Of a DNA stretch of 64,000 nt, positions 1 to 9,553 are shown piece by piece. Position numbers and translations under genes: made by a program. The stretch comes from Patescibacteria group bacterium (GTDB lineage Bacteria; Patescibacteriota; Patescibacteriia; Patescibacteriales; JBAZCA01), in the NCBI GenBank assembly GCA_041661405.1, contig JBAZUL010000004.1:15309-79308 (forward strand), read 5' to 3'. How positions within the stretch are numbered: position 1 is the stretch's first letter; each line of letters starts with the position of its first letter. The notes under the pieces were generated by a model. That model was not told the origin of the DNA. It saw nothing but the letters and a program-made list of their open reading frames with translations, and ran no database searches.

Positions 1-2
1 CC

Positions 3-3000
3 TTGACATGCACAGGCTTTTTTATGCTGAGAGGAATTGGCTACGGCACCTTTGCCGCTCTAGAGCGGGGAAAAGGCGAGTGGGATAAATATTCCAGATC
101 AGCTTTTAAAGCCAGAAAAGACGAAGGCGAGCAGGCCGGCGACTGGAAAAGCGCGTATAACGAAGTTTCAGCGGAAAAAATGAAAGCTGTGTTAAGAGGA
201 ACAACCGTTAACGCCGCCCGGGAAACCTACAATGAAATAATACACGGAAGAAAAGAGGGAAAGCTAGGCGCGGAAGAAATGAAAAAAAAGCTTGAATTTG
301 AAAAAGCGGAAATGGAAAGGCTGGAAAAAGATGGAGCAGGCCATTTTGGCAAAGCCTGGCATAAAATTAAAATGCGCTCGCCTGAATATCTGGCGAGATT
401 GCGGGGACTGGGAACCGTCGCCCGGGCTTTTGGCATTGGAGGTGTGTCTTACATGGCTTACGCTACCGAAGGCGCTTCTTTAGTCCAGCCATACAATCAG
501 CTCATAGACAGTATAGAACAACATAGAGTCTTAGATACGGCTGGACAAAACATTGTTGGCGGAGTTGACCGGACTATAAAATTATTTGATCTGGAGGAAT
601 GGCAAAAGCGGGTCGATTTGGTTAGCCAGAGAGCCAGCGGCCATACGCTGAGTGAAAATTTCGCCAAGCTGAGGAATTCCTGGCAGGAAATGGGAGTGGC
701 TTATGCCGGAGAAAAGCCGGAAGCATTAGCGAGAGCTGAGGAGGAATATTTTAGATGCGAAGACAATATTAAGCGCCTGGAAGAATCATATAACAATTTT
801 AAAAAAGATCTCTCAGTAAGCGAAAAGGATTATCTTGACGCAACAAAAAAATTAGCGGGCACCGACCCGTCCAGCCCTGAATACGCCAAAGCCAAGGCGG
901 ATGCTGACGCGAAAGAAGAAAAATTTGATGCTTTAAAGGAGCAGGAAGAAGGGACTGAAAAAATTTATGAAGGAAAAAAACCGTTTTACGAAAAGTTGTT
1001 AAAATCGTCTAAATCCGAGTTGGAAGCTGAAAGTAAGAAAGTTACGGGCGGCGAACCGGTTTCTCCCGGCGCGCCGGAAGCCGAGACTCCTGAAATTCCA
1101 GTTTCTGCCGCCCCGTCCAACGCGGAAACCATTCCGCCTCCTGATACTTCGGCTCAAGTCTCCGCTAATAAAGCTCCTGCGGAAGCAACGTCCGCTCCTG
1201 CTTCTAAAGAGGAAGTTTTGCCGGTTCCGCCGGATTCTTCAGCGCCGCAAAAAGAAATTTTAGAAAAATACGGGTTGGATTTAAAAGAACAGCCGTCTCC
1301 GGAAAAAGTTAAAGAATTTGAGCAAATTTACAAAGCGCTCTCTGAAGAGAGAAAATTAACGGCCAGTCAGTCAAAAGAGGTTATGGCTTTGTATTATGGC
1401 GGTGACGCAAATACATTTTCAGGCGAACACTTATTAAAAGTATCGGAACTCGCCAAAGGCAGTAAGGGACTGGACGCGGAGTCATTAGGAAGGATCGCCA
1501 ATGTTTTAGACGAGGAAACGGTCAACCAGCTGGAATATATGCTTGACGAAAAAAACAGGATAACCGGCGCGGGCAATCAAAAAAAACTAAGGGCGGCAAT
1601 ATTGGAAAATTTTTTAAAGACAGGAAATATTAATGATTCACTCGCTACTGTTTACGATGGCGAGGGGGTTGAACATGGGTTAAGAAGATTGATTGAGGCA
1701 AGCCCCAATGAATACGGTTTTAAAAAAGATTTGGTGAACGATTTTGGCGGAAATAAAGGTAAATTTTTAAAAGCTTTGCGGGATTATTCGGGCAAGGAAG
1801 CGCACCGGCTGGCCATTAACGGCGGATTGGCTGAAATCCAGGGTAAAGGCAAAATGAAAGAATTAAGAATTAAAGAAGCTAATAAATATTCAATCAGCGC
1901 TTATGCCGATTATAATAATGAGGGTGAACCGGAAAATGTTAAAGTACGAGTATTGGAACTGGAGAAAGCGGGCGATTACCGGAATTATAAAACAATAGCG
2001 GTAGCGAGAAATGGCGAGATTTACGACGGTAACGAGGAAGTGATGAAAAAGTATGATAAAAAAAGCCTGGTTGAGGCTTTAAAAGGCGAAAAGATAGTTA
2101 ACGAGCCCAGGTCGGAACAGACGAAAAAATCAGCAATATTGGGAGAAAAAAAACCGGAGAAAAGCCAAACTGCCTCCGAGGCTGATAAACCGGTCGTGCT
2201 GGAAGAAGCCGGCAAAAAAGAAGTAGAAGCGAAACAGCGGGCCGCTATTAAAGAAGAATTGAAAAAAGCGGAAGATCAGGAGAGAGCCGAAGCCCGGAAA
2301 ATATTGCCGGAAGAGAAAAAAATAATAAGGGCAGGATCAAGACAAGCCGAAATCCAAAAAGATATACAGGAGGCGGCGGAAGAATTAGGGATTACGGACA
2401 GGGCAAAGGAAATTAATGCCCGGATTAGAATGAGGGAAGCGGAGGCGGCCGGGCAGGCTGGATTAAAAGAACCCGCGGCGCTTAAAGAAGAAACCATAAG
2501 TCCGGCGGATGCGATAAGGGCGGACGATTATTATTATGATGACCATCACGAAGCTATCGCAGATCAGAACGAAGCGTTGCCTGAGGCGAAAGTTGAACCC
2601 GGGCACGGGCATGAAACCGCGAAAACGAGCGAGACGGAAATAAAGGATAATAACGAGCGCGATGTTTTAAGGCATTTTAATATTAATTCGGGGCATTACG
2701 AAAAAATTAAAGACATGACCGCGGCCGAATTCGCCGAACTCATAAGACAGCGGGACGCCGGAGAAAAAGTAAAAGTCCTCTATAAAAGCGGATTCTGGCC
2801 CTGGAACGCGAAGGAAAGGAAAGCTGAGATGCTGGAACAGACGCACCTTAAAGATTTCATATTTTTCCATAAAGCCGAAACGAGCGGGATGACGGTTGAA
2901 GAAGTTTTAAGGAATTACGGGGTAAGCCGGGGCGGAAGGATTGCTTCGGCAGGATTGGGAAGCTCAGGAGCTAGAACTAGAGCGGGGATTGAAGACTTAA

Positions 3001-3545
3001 CACAAGGAAGGGATAGTTGGAAAATTCAAGAATCCGGAGGCCAGCCGGTTGCTCCTCAGCCGAAAAATTTGGATGGCGGCCAGTCAATAAAGCCTGGCGT
3101 TGAAATAATAGAACTTGACGCTCTATCTCCTGAGACTGGAAAGGAAATCCCGGATATCTCGAGACTTTTTTACAGCCCGGAAGGAAAACCGCTTGACCGA
3201 CCCGAAATTATTGCCAGGGCGGTTAAGGAAAGGGAAGCGACGATTGATGATGTTTTTAGCTATTACTCGAAAGAGACCGGATTAAAAGCCGGATCAAAAT
3301 CATATATAAGAGCCAAAACAGATTTTGTTAATTATATAAACATAAAAGGTTCTGAAAACGCAGAATTAAACGGCAACCGGGCGATTAACGCCTATAAAAG
3401 AATGGGAAAATATCTTGAAAAACTTCCGGAAGCGACGGGCTCAAGCAATATTGATTATGTTGATTTAGATAAATTAGGCGTTGATACGCGAGGCAAGACC
3501 CGGGCCTTAAATCCGTCGCCGGATCTTCCATTACCGAGATATTAG
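3..3545 (+). CDS. Large Lys/Glu/Ala/Pro-rich hypothetical protein (low-complexity, coiled-coil-like); 5' end may lie outside the window
   Basis: Open frame from the window edge to TAG at 3543-3545 (1180 codons in the ORF track). There is no upstream in-frame stop, and the first ATG is at 24. A hairpin plus T-run terminator follows. No family recognised. Confidence 0.6.
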   Translation: MTCTGFFMLRGIGYGTFAALERGKGEWDKYSRSAFKARKDEGEQAGDWKSAYNEVSAEKMKAVLRGTTVNAARETYNEIIHGRKEGKLGAEEMKKKLEFEKAEMERLEKDGAGHFGKAWHKIKMRSPEYLARLRGLGTVARAFGIGGVSYMAYATEGASLVQPYNQLIDSIEQHRVLDTAGQNIVGGVDRTIKLFDLEEWQKRVDLVSQRASGHTLSENFAKLRNSWQEMGVAYAGEKPEALARAEEEYFRCEDNIKRLEESYNNFKKDLSVSEKDYLDATKKLAGTDPSSPEYAKAKADADAKEEKFDALKEQEEGTEKIYEGKKPFYEKLLKSSKSELEAESKKVTGGEPVSPGAPEAETPEIPVSAAPSNAETIPPPDTSAQVSANKAPAEATSAPASKEEVLPVPPDSSAPQKEILEKYGLDLKEQPSPEKVKEFEQIYKALSEERKLTASQSKEVMALYYGGDANTFSGEHLLKVSELAKGSKGLDAESLGRIANVLDEETVNQLEYMLDEKNRITGAGNQKKLRAAILENFLKTGNINDSLATVYDGEGVEHGLRRLIEASPNEYGFKKDLVNDFGGNKGKFLKALRDYSGKEAHRLAINGGLAEIQGKGKMKELRIKEANKYSISAYADYNNEGEPENVKVRVLELEKAGDYRNYKTIAVARNGEIYDGNEEVMKKYDKKSLVEALKGEKIVNEPRSEQTKKSAILGEKKPEKSQTASEADKPVVLEEAGKKEVEAKQRAAIKEELKKAEDQERAEARKILPEEKKIIRAGSRQAEIQKDIQEAAEELGITDRAKEINARIRMREAEAAGQAGLKEPAALKEETISPADAIRADDYYYDDHHEAIADQNEALPEAKVEPGHGHETAKTSETEIKDNNERDVLRHFNINSGHYEKIKDMTAAEFAELIRQRDAGEKVKVLYKSGFWPWNAKERKAEMLEQTHLKDFIFFHKAETSGMTVEEVLRNYGVSRGGRIASAGLGSSGARTRAGIEDLTQGRDSWKIQESGGQPVAPQPKNLDGGQSIKPGVEIIELDALSPETGKEIPDISRLFYSPEGKPLDRPEIIARAVKEREATIDDVFSYYSKETGLKAGSKSYIRAKTDFVNYINIKGSENAELNGNRAINAYKRMGKYLEKLPEATGSSNIDYVDLDKLGVDTRGKTRALNPSPDLPLPRY

Positions 3546-3568
3546 CTATTTTTATCAAAAAGAAAAAA

Positions 3569-3602
3569 CCCCGAGCGGTGAATTGCTTGGGGTTTTGTTT
3601 TT
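3569..3602 (+). terminator. Rho-independent terminator
   Basis: CCCCGAGC (3569-3576) pairs with GCTTGGGG (3585-3592, one G-U pair), followed by TTTTGTTTTT and preceded by an A-run. Confidence 0.7.
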
Positions 3603-3694
3603 CGGCAGGACGCCCGAGGATGGGCGTTGGATGGATTGGAAAGAACGGGGGAGTGGTCCCGTTGGGAAACGGGACGCGAGGTTGGGCGGGGGGG

Positions 3695-4423
3695 CTACCA
3701 CGTCCCGGTAACACCGGCGATGTTGCTAAGTGCCGGTATGCCAGGACGGCCCTTATAGGATACTTCAACTTCAACTCCTTTCTCCTTGAAGTAATCCTTC
3801 AGGGCACTGGCCCGTTTTTCTGCCTCAGCGTCGGCTTCCGCCTTTGGTTTTTGTGGGTCACTATAGACCGCGATCTCCTCCGGCGTAATTTCTTTCTTTT
3901 CGGCATAGGTAAGCAGGGCATCAGCCTGCTTTTTTTGCCGATCCGAAAGAGAAGTTACTCCCGCCTCGAAAGGCGAGAGAAGCCAACACTTTTTGCCCGG
4001 TTTGGCCAGTTCAAGGCGGGTGGCCGTTGAGCACCCGCCTTTGGCGCATTTTTTGCGGGCAACCGCCCTTTTGGCCTTGCTGGCTGCGAGATCCTTTCCT
4101 ATCGCTGCCACCAACGACTCAAGAGAGTCAAGACGAGAGTCCACCGTGGGCCGCCAGGTTTCCAGGGCGGTTACCCGGGCCTCCAGGTCGGAGGTGGGGG
4201 CGACGAGGGCGGGAGGCGGGGGTGGGGCGAGGGTACCTTCGGCACATTTGCCGTCGGCGCACTCGGCCGGGGCTGGGAGAGCCCCGGTCAAGTAGGGGGA
4301 GGGGGGGACCTCAGAGAGGGGGTGCGCGGGGGCGGCCGGTCCTGAACGCGTTCCAGCGCATCCGGAGAAAATGTTTACTGCAAAAAAAACAAAAAAAACT
4401 GCCAACAGGCTTTTCGTCTTCAT
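3695..4423 (-). CDS. Putative lipoprotein with Pro-rich linker, coiled-coil and weak OmpA-C-like tail (GC-rich islet 1)
   Basis: The ORF track gives 3695-4525. The internal ATG at 4423 has an AGGAG 5 nt upstream and yields MKTKSLLAVFFVFFAVNIFSGCAG (signal peptide plus lipobox Cys). The tail AEKRASALKDYFKEKGVEVEVSYKG resembles the OmpA C-terminal motif only loosely. Confidence 0.6.
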   Translation of the reverse strand: MKTKSLLAVFFVFFAVNIFSGCAGTRSGPAAPAHPLSEVPPSPYLTGALPAPAECADGKCAEGTLAPPPPPALVAPTSDLEARVTALETWRPTVDSRLDSLESLVAAIGKDLAASKAKRAVARKKCAKGGCSTATRLELAKPGKKCWLLSPFEAGVTSLSDRQKKQADALLTYAEKKEITPEEIAVYSDPQKPKAEADAEAEKRASALKDYFKEKGVEVEVSYKGRPGIPALSNIAGVTGTW

Positions 4424-4648
4424 AATATCTCCTTTCTTGAGAATTGAAGACAGATTTTTGTTTGCGAGGGCGCTACCGCTGGCCGAAAAAACAGGCGGGC
4501 CGTCCTCATGAACGAAAAAACACACTATCCCTCAATCAAGAAATAATATTTCGCTAATATTGCTTAATTTACTCTTAATGAAGAGTTAATATTATTAGCC
4601 TGATCAAGAGATAGTGGGTATATGCCAATTTTAAAGAGCGAACTGGCT

Positions 4649-4708
4649 ACTTTAGCAGATATTGATGAGAATGTCAAGGTTGACAAAAATATGAAAAATT
4701 GTTAAAGT
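4649..4708. promoter_or_regulatory. Back-to-back divergent sigma70-like promoters
   Basis: Plus strand: TTGACA (4680-4685), 17-nt spacer, TAAAGT (4703-4708). Minus strand: TTGACA (4677-4672), 17-nt spacer, TAAAGT (4654-4649). The two -35 boxes form TGTCAAGGTTGACA. This lies in the only AT-rich stretch of the islet. Confidence 0.5.
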
Positions 4709-4906
4709 CGTGTGTTAATTGAGGGTAAATTTTCTCTCTAAATTAGATTCATATTTATAATTATTATGAATATGGGCATGCGTTAGGGAGGAAAAATTCG
4801 TTCTTTGAAAATGAATTCCTTAGACAATTTTGCGGGGAATTTTTTGTCCATAAAATTGTCTAAGGAATTCGAAATATCAACCCATCCACCCCTTTTGGAG
4901 GAAGCC

Positions 4907-6097
4907 ATGTTTAAGAATTTTTGTCGGCAATTGACAGTCGCGTTCGCCGTGTTTTTTTGCGGTTTGAGCGTGACAGTGGCCGCCCTTGCGGCCGATCCGT
5001 CAACCTCAGCCCCCGGCCAGTTTGGCTGGGGCGCGGCCATAATGCTCGTGTACACCGTAGTTGTTTTAATCCCTCTGGTCGGTTGCATTTTGTACCGGCT
5101 CTGGAGGGATTGGCCTCGGGGCGCGCCTGCCCCGAAGGCCGAAACGGCTAAAGAGAAGCCAGCCTGCACCTTTCGGGCGTGGGCCATGGCTTTGGCGGCG
5201 CTGTTCCTATCGACCGCCTGTGCAGGGAACCCCTACCGGATGCCTGTCCGGGAGTGGGCATACGCCCCTCCGTCGCAGGAAGTGGCATCCGCCCCGAAGT
5301 CGTCCCAGCAGGCGGCCAGTAGCAAACCGAAAGGCTACTATTTGGTCGTTTTTGACCGCTGGGACTCGCCTTGGCCCGAAGCGGGGGTGTTTTGGTATAT
5401 TCACTTCGGGCCGAGTCTGTGGCAGGAAAACTACGGCATCATTGCAATGGATGCCGACGGGGACGGACGCTTGGAAGCGCTTGTGCCCGAACAATTCTTT
5501 TGTTACAGATTCGTCTTGGTCTCTCATGCCGGCACGTTTTATTCGCCGGCCGGAGAGATTAAAGCACCCGTTGGTTCAGACGGGTGCCGCAGGGACCTCA
5601 AAATCCCTGAAGATCTGAACCAGCTGGCGCCGTTGGTGTCACCTACGTCTTGTCGGTTCATCTCTTTTGGGAGCGAACTGGACAAGCAGGTGCAACAGCG
5701 GTGGGTCGCGGCGCTTCAGAGATTGGGGTTGTGCAAGCAACTCACCCCGTCTCAAATTGAGGCACTGCGGCGGACGGATCCGGAAATGGCCCACCGGATC
5801 CTGAACGTGGCCGGGAACTTGAGCGCCATTGCGGGGCTCTGGTTCCCGGCTCTTTGGGCCATGGATCCGTTTAGAGCCCTTCGGACTCTAATTGAGTTAA
5901 ATTACGCGGCTCAAAGCGTGCCTAAAAAGCACGTTGACAAGTCCATGTATTTTGACTCAACGGTGTCGCGGTTTGATTACCGCGACCTGCGCCGGAAGGA
6001 GATCTTTCTCCAGAAGGCTCAGGAGTCCGAAGACAGCGGACACCTCGGGTTTTTTTACCGGGTGTTCACCGGCGGAAACGGGTCCGCACCGAAGTAG
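4907..6097 (+). CDS. Hypothetical membrane/secreted protein (GC-rich islet 1)
   Basis: The ORF track gives 4805-6097. The ATG at 4907 is preceded by GGAGG (4897-4901) and gives the signal-like MFKNFCRQLTVAFAVFFCGLSVTVAALAA. A TM segment follows, then a second lipobox-like segment ALFLSTACAG. No family recognised. Confidence 0.55.
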   Translation: MFKNFCRQLTVAFAVFFCGLSVTVAALAADPSTSAPGQFGWGAAIMLVYTVVVLIPLVGCILYRLWRDWPRGAPAPKAETAKEKPACTFRAWAMALAALFLSTACAGNPYRMPVREWAYAPPSQEVASAPKSSQQAASSKPKGYYLVVFDRWDSPWPEAGVFWYIHFGPSLWQENYGIIAMDADGDGRLEALVPEQFFCYRFVLVSHAGTFYSPAGEIKAPVGSDGCRRDLKIPEDLNQLAPLVSPTSCRFISFGSELDKQVQQRWVAALQRLGLCKQLTPSQIEALRRTDPEMAHRILNVAGNLSAIAGLWFPALWAMDPFRALRTLIELNYAAQSVPKKHVDKSMYFDSTVSRFDYRDLRRKEIFLQKAQESEDSGHLGFFYRVFTGGNGSAPK

Positions 6098-6236
6098 AGG
6101 AGAAGTGGGGTGGGTCGGCCGACCAGTAGGCAAGACCGCATAGTGCATGACGCCAGAGACATCGGCGCCTGCCCCGAGCAACACGAACCGCCCGATGCCG
6201 CGAGAGGCACGGGCAAGTCACAAAAAGGAGTCAGAA

Positions 6237-6731
6237 ATGAAAAGGTTGTTGGTAGTTCTGGTGGCCATCTTGGCCGCCGTGGCAATGGCACCCGCCGATC
6301 TTTTGGCGGGGAATTCGGTAACCTGTGCCGGTGGAAAGGTTTCGTATACCGTGGAGTTGCAGTTCATTAGCAACACCCCGGGAAAACGGAACATGGATCC
6401 GGCAACCTGGGAAGGAAAAACCGTTTCATCATTCTCCGCGTCGTTTGACGATCCGGTTGCAACCGGAACAGTCAAGAGTGGGCGCGTCTCCTTCACGGAG
6501 AACGCCACCAACGACCGCGAACGTCGGTTTTTCCGGATTCAGGGCATCCCGGGCTTTGAATGGGCTATCCCAGCCGACGACGGCTGGATGGTGGCTCGGC
6601 AGAGCCAGGGGCGAGTTGATAGTTCCGCGCCTATCAACTGGAGGAAAATCGGGCTGGAATGGATGCCCGGTTGCAAGGAGGTGCCTGACGGCGCGGAATG
6701 GAACCCCTGGGACAACGGGGCTGTGAAATAG
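6237..6731 (+). CDS. Hypothetical secreted protein (GC-rich islet 1)
   Basis: The ORF track gives 6147-6731. The ATG at 6237 is preceded by AAGGAG and gives the signal peptide MKRLLVVLVAILAAVAMAPADLLA. No family recognised. Confidence 0.55.
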   Translation: MKRLLVVLVAILAAVAMAPADLLAGNSVTCAGGKVSYTVELQFISNTPGKRNMDPATWEGKTVSSFSASFDDPVATGTVKSGRVSFTENATNDRERRFFRIQGIPGFEWAIPADDGWMVARQSQGRVDSSAPINWRKIGLEWMPGCKEVPDGAEWNPWDNGAVK

Positions 6732-6840
6732 CCCTCCGATCCAGGTCTTTTGGAGTAAACCTTTTGGGCGGCGGCGCGTATGAGTATGTTTGGATAACTA
6801 CTCTCGCGCCCCGCCCTCATCAATTTTCAATTGTCTAAAC

Positions 6841-6897
6841 CACTGACCTGCCTGCCGGTAGGCAGGTTATCACTGAAGACACTGATTTCACTGATTC
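6841..6897. repeat. Word-plus-palindrome module (CACTGA words around core ACCTGCCTGCCGGTAGGCAGGTT)
   Basis: The 23-mer core at 6846-6868 is identical to 59329-59351. CACTGA words occur at 6841, 6871, 6881 and 6891. Confidence 0.85.
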
Positions 6898-6963
6898 TTA
6901 TTAGCGTTAATTTTTAAAATTTTAGTTTAATACAAAAAATCAAAAAAATAGCGTTTCTGTTTT

Positions 6964-8550
6964 ATGAAAACTTTGACTTTAGAAAAAAATCAAATTTTAT
7001 ATATACTTTTGGCTTTGGCTATGTGTTTTTTATTGCTTTTAGCTTTAGCGCCGGCGGGGATCAGCGTTTCGGTTGCGGCTTTTTTAATACTTGGAATGCT
7101 GGCTTTCAAAAACACGGAAATATTTTTATTTTTTCTTACTATCTATATTCCGCTGGAGCCGTTTCTTTTAAAATTCACGAGCGATGAGATTTATCCTTAT
7201 TTAAGATTATTGAGCGAGGGATTGGTTTTAATTTTGTTTTTAACCGCGATTTTAAAGCATATTAATACTAACGGCTTTAAATATATCCGGACGCCGATTG
7301 ATTTGCCGCTCGCCGTTTTTATCGTTATTACAGCCATATCCGCTCTGGTGAATTTTGAAAATCCGTCATTCTGGGTTATAGGGCTAAGGCAGATTTTCCG
7401 TTATGCGCTTTTATATTACGCCATAATCTATTCCGGCATTTCCCGGGCTGCCGCGAAAAAACTGGTTACGGTTTTAGCGGCGCTTCTCGCCCTGGAAACG
7501 ATAATCGGTTTAAGTCAGGCGATAATCGGGTCAACGGCCGACGCTTTACTCTTGCCCGGCGAACGCCGGGAATTCGGCAACTTAGTCACTCCGGATTATG
7601 TCCGCCAATTCTTATTTTCCGGCGAGAGGATTTTTGCCACCATGGGCCGCTACGACCGGCTGGGGACTTTCCTTAGCTTTGGGCTGATTTTAATCGCCGG
7701 ACTCGCCTATGAATTAAAGAATGAAAGATTAAAAAGAATTTTAAAAACGATTTTTCTTTATTCGCTCTCGGCCTTGGTTTTGACTTATTCGCGGATGTCC
7801 TGGCTCGGACTGGCTTTGGGAATCGGCATAATCGGAATTTTGATAAAAAAAGATAAAAAACTTATATTCGGATTGACCTTGGCTTCAGTCGCTGTCGCCG
7901 GTTATCTTGGCTTGTATTTATTTTTAAACGGCGGAAACGTAAATAATATTTCCAATAAGGCTGACATGCCTCTGGCCGAACGGGCGCTCGCGCTTTTTTC
8001 CGCGAGAGAACTCCGCGACAGCTATTATGGCTATGGCCGGTTATATTTTATAGCCAATACCCCTAAAAAAATCGTCAAAAATAACCCGTTATTCGGGGTG
8101 GGGCTAGGGCAATACGGCGGCGGAGTGGCCGCGGCTCTGGGAAATAACATTGAATACAGGAAGGCCGGACTGCCTTTCGGCATCGGCGGAGAAGCCGGCC
8201 AGATTGATAATAACTGGTTTTCTATTTGGGGGGAATCGGGAACGCTCGGAGTTTTAGCTTTTGGCTGGATTATTGTAAGTTTGTTTATCTTTAGCTATAG
8301 GACGTATAAAAGCGAAAATAACGATTCGTTTAAGAGGGGGCTGTCCTTGGCTATGCTGGGGATTATTCCGGTCATAAGTTTCCAATCATTTTTGGGTCCT
8401 TATTTTGAGGTACGGCCGCTTTCTTATAATTTTTGGCTTTTGGCCGGATTGATGGCCGGATTGGCGTTAAACGAAAGGAACAGAAATATTGAAGAATTAA
8501 CTGTCAACCGATTAACAATGGCTGATAAATTCGCTCATGACAAACAATAA
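6964..8550 (+). CDS. O-antigen ligase / O-antigen polymerase family polytopic membrane protein
   Basis: 528 aa with many TM segments. The TYSRMSWLGLALGIGIIG region is typical of the Wzy_C/O-antigen ligase domain, and the C-terminal loop is glycine-rich. Confidence 0.7.
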   Translation: MKTLTLEKNQILYILLALAMCFLLLLALAPAGISVSVAAFLILGMLAFKNTEIFLFFLTIYIPLEPFLLKFTSDEIYPYLRLLSEGLVLILFLTAILKHINTNGFKYIRTPIDLPLAVFIVITAISALVNFENPSFWVIGLRQIFRYALLYYAIIYSGISRAAAKKLVTVLAALLALETIIGLSQAIIGSTADALLLPGERREFGNLVTPDYVRQFLFSGERIFATMGRYDRLGTFLSFGLILIAGLAYELKNERLKRILKTIFLYSLSALVLTYSRMSWLGLALGIGIIGILIKKDKKLIFGLTLASVAVAGYLGLYLFLNGGNVNNISNKADMPLAERALALFSARELRDSYYGYGRLYFIANTPKKIVKNNPLFGVGLGQYGGGVAAALGNNIEYRKAGLPFGIGGEAGQIDNNWFSIWGESGTLGVLAFGWIIVSLFIFSYRTYKSENNDSFKRGLSLAMLGIIPVISFQSFLGPYFEVRPLSYNFWLLAGLMAGLALNERNRNIEELTVNRLTMADKFAHDKQ

Positions 8551-9514
8551 AGTAAACAAAATAAAAGAAGCAATAATCGCCGTTACTTATCGGTGCAATT
8601 CGCGATGCCGGATGTGTAATATCTGGCAAAGTAAAGAATGGAATGAAATTTCCCCGGAATTGCTCGCGAATTTGCCGAAAAATATTAAAGACGTGAATCT
8701 AACCGGCGGGGAGCCATTTTTGTATTCTGATCTTCCAGGAGCGGTTCGCGCTATTTCCGGCCGCCTGCCAAAGGCGAGGATTATTATTTCCACTAACGGA
8801 TTCTTAACCGGCCGGATTACCGAGGCGATGAAAAAAATTATTAAGATTAAGCCCGATATCGGCGCAGCAGTCTCTCTTGACGGCATTGGCCGGGCTCATG
8901 ACGAAATCCGGGGAATTCCTGGAGGATTTGAAATGGCGTTGACCACCATAAAGGAATTAAAAAAAATCGGGGTTAAACATTTAAAAATCGGATTTACTAT
9001 CGGCGATTATAATTATAAAGAACTGCCGAAAGTGTACGCGCTTTCCAAAGAACTGGGAACCGAATTTACTATCGCTTTGGTTCATTCAAGTGAAAGCTAT
9101 TTTCAAAAAGAAAACGCAACCCATAAAAAGAATGAAATCAGGGAAATACTAGAATGGCTGAAGCATGAAGAACTGAGAAGCTGGTACCCAAAGCGCTGGG
9201 CTCGGGCGTATTTTACTCACGGGTTAATTGAGTTTTTGGATTATGAAAAAAGAATCTTGCCCGATTATTCCGGCCAGCTGAATATTTTCATTGATCCGGC
9301 GGGAAAAATTTTTCCTTGCGATGTTTCCGGCGAAGATTTGGGAAGCCTGGCTGATAATCCCTTAAAATGGCGGTCCATCGGCGTCTGCACGGCCGGAGAA
9401 AAGAGCTGGATGATCTGCACGGCCCGGCAGTCTATGAAAAAACACTGGGTTAAGGCCGGGAGTTGGATAATTTTTAATAAATTCAGGAGTTTAACGGGCG
9501 TGAATCCGGTTTAA
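8537..9514 (+). CDS. Radical SAM protein (unknown substrate) in glycan cluster
   Basis: CNSRCRMC is a CX3CX2C motif near the N-terminus, with TGGEPF nearby and additional C-terminal cysteines. The start overlaps the upstream gene by 14 nt. Confidence 0.75.
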   Translation: MTNNKVNKIKEAIIAVTYRCNSRCRMCNIWQSKEWNEISPELLANLPKNIKDVNLTGGEPFLYSDLPGAVRAISGRLPKARIIISTNGFLTGRITEAMKKIIKIKPDIGAAVSLDGIGRAHDEIRGIPGGFEMALTTIKELKKIGVKHLKIGFTIGDYNYKELPKVYALSKELGTEFTIALVHSSESYFQKENATHKKNEIREILEWLKHEELRSWYPKRWARAYFTHGLIEFLDYEKRILPDYSGQLNIFIDPAGKIFPCDVSGEDLGSLADNPLKWRSIGVCTAGEKSWMICTARQSMKKHWVKAGSWIIFNKFRSLTGVNPV

Positions 9515-9553
9515 TAAATTTTTAATGATTACGAAATAAGCTGAACAATTAAA

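Noticed and set aside
3578-4425. Plus-strand ORFs 3578-4030, 3993-4295 and 4027-4425, and minus-strand ORF 3385-3774, in the GC-rich islet.
   Set aside because: Their Arg/Gly/Pro-rich translations are typical of wrong-frame reading of GC-rich DNA. They overlap the lipoprotein gene, which has an SD, a signal peptide and a lipobox.
4622-4705. A 27-codon ORF (MPILKSELATLADIDENVKVDKNMKNC) in the divergent promoter region.
   Set aside because: It has no convincing SD, it spans both -35 boxes, and there is no way to support it from sequence alone.
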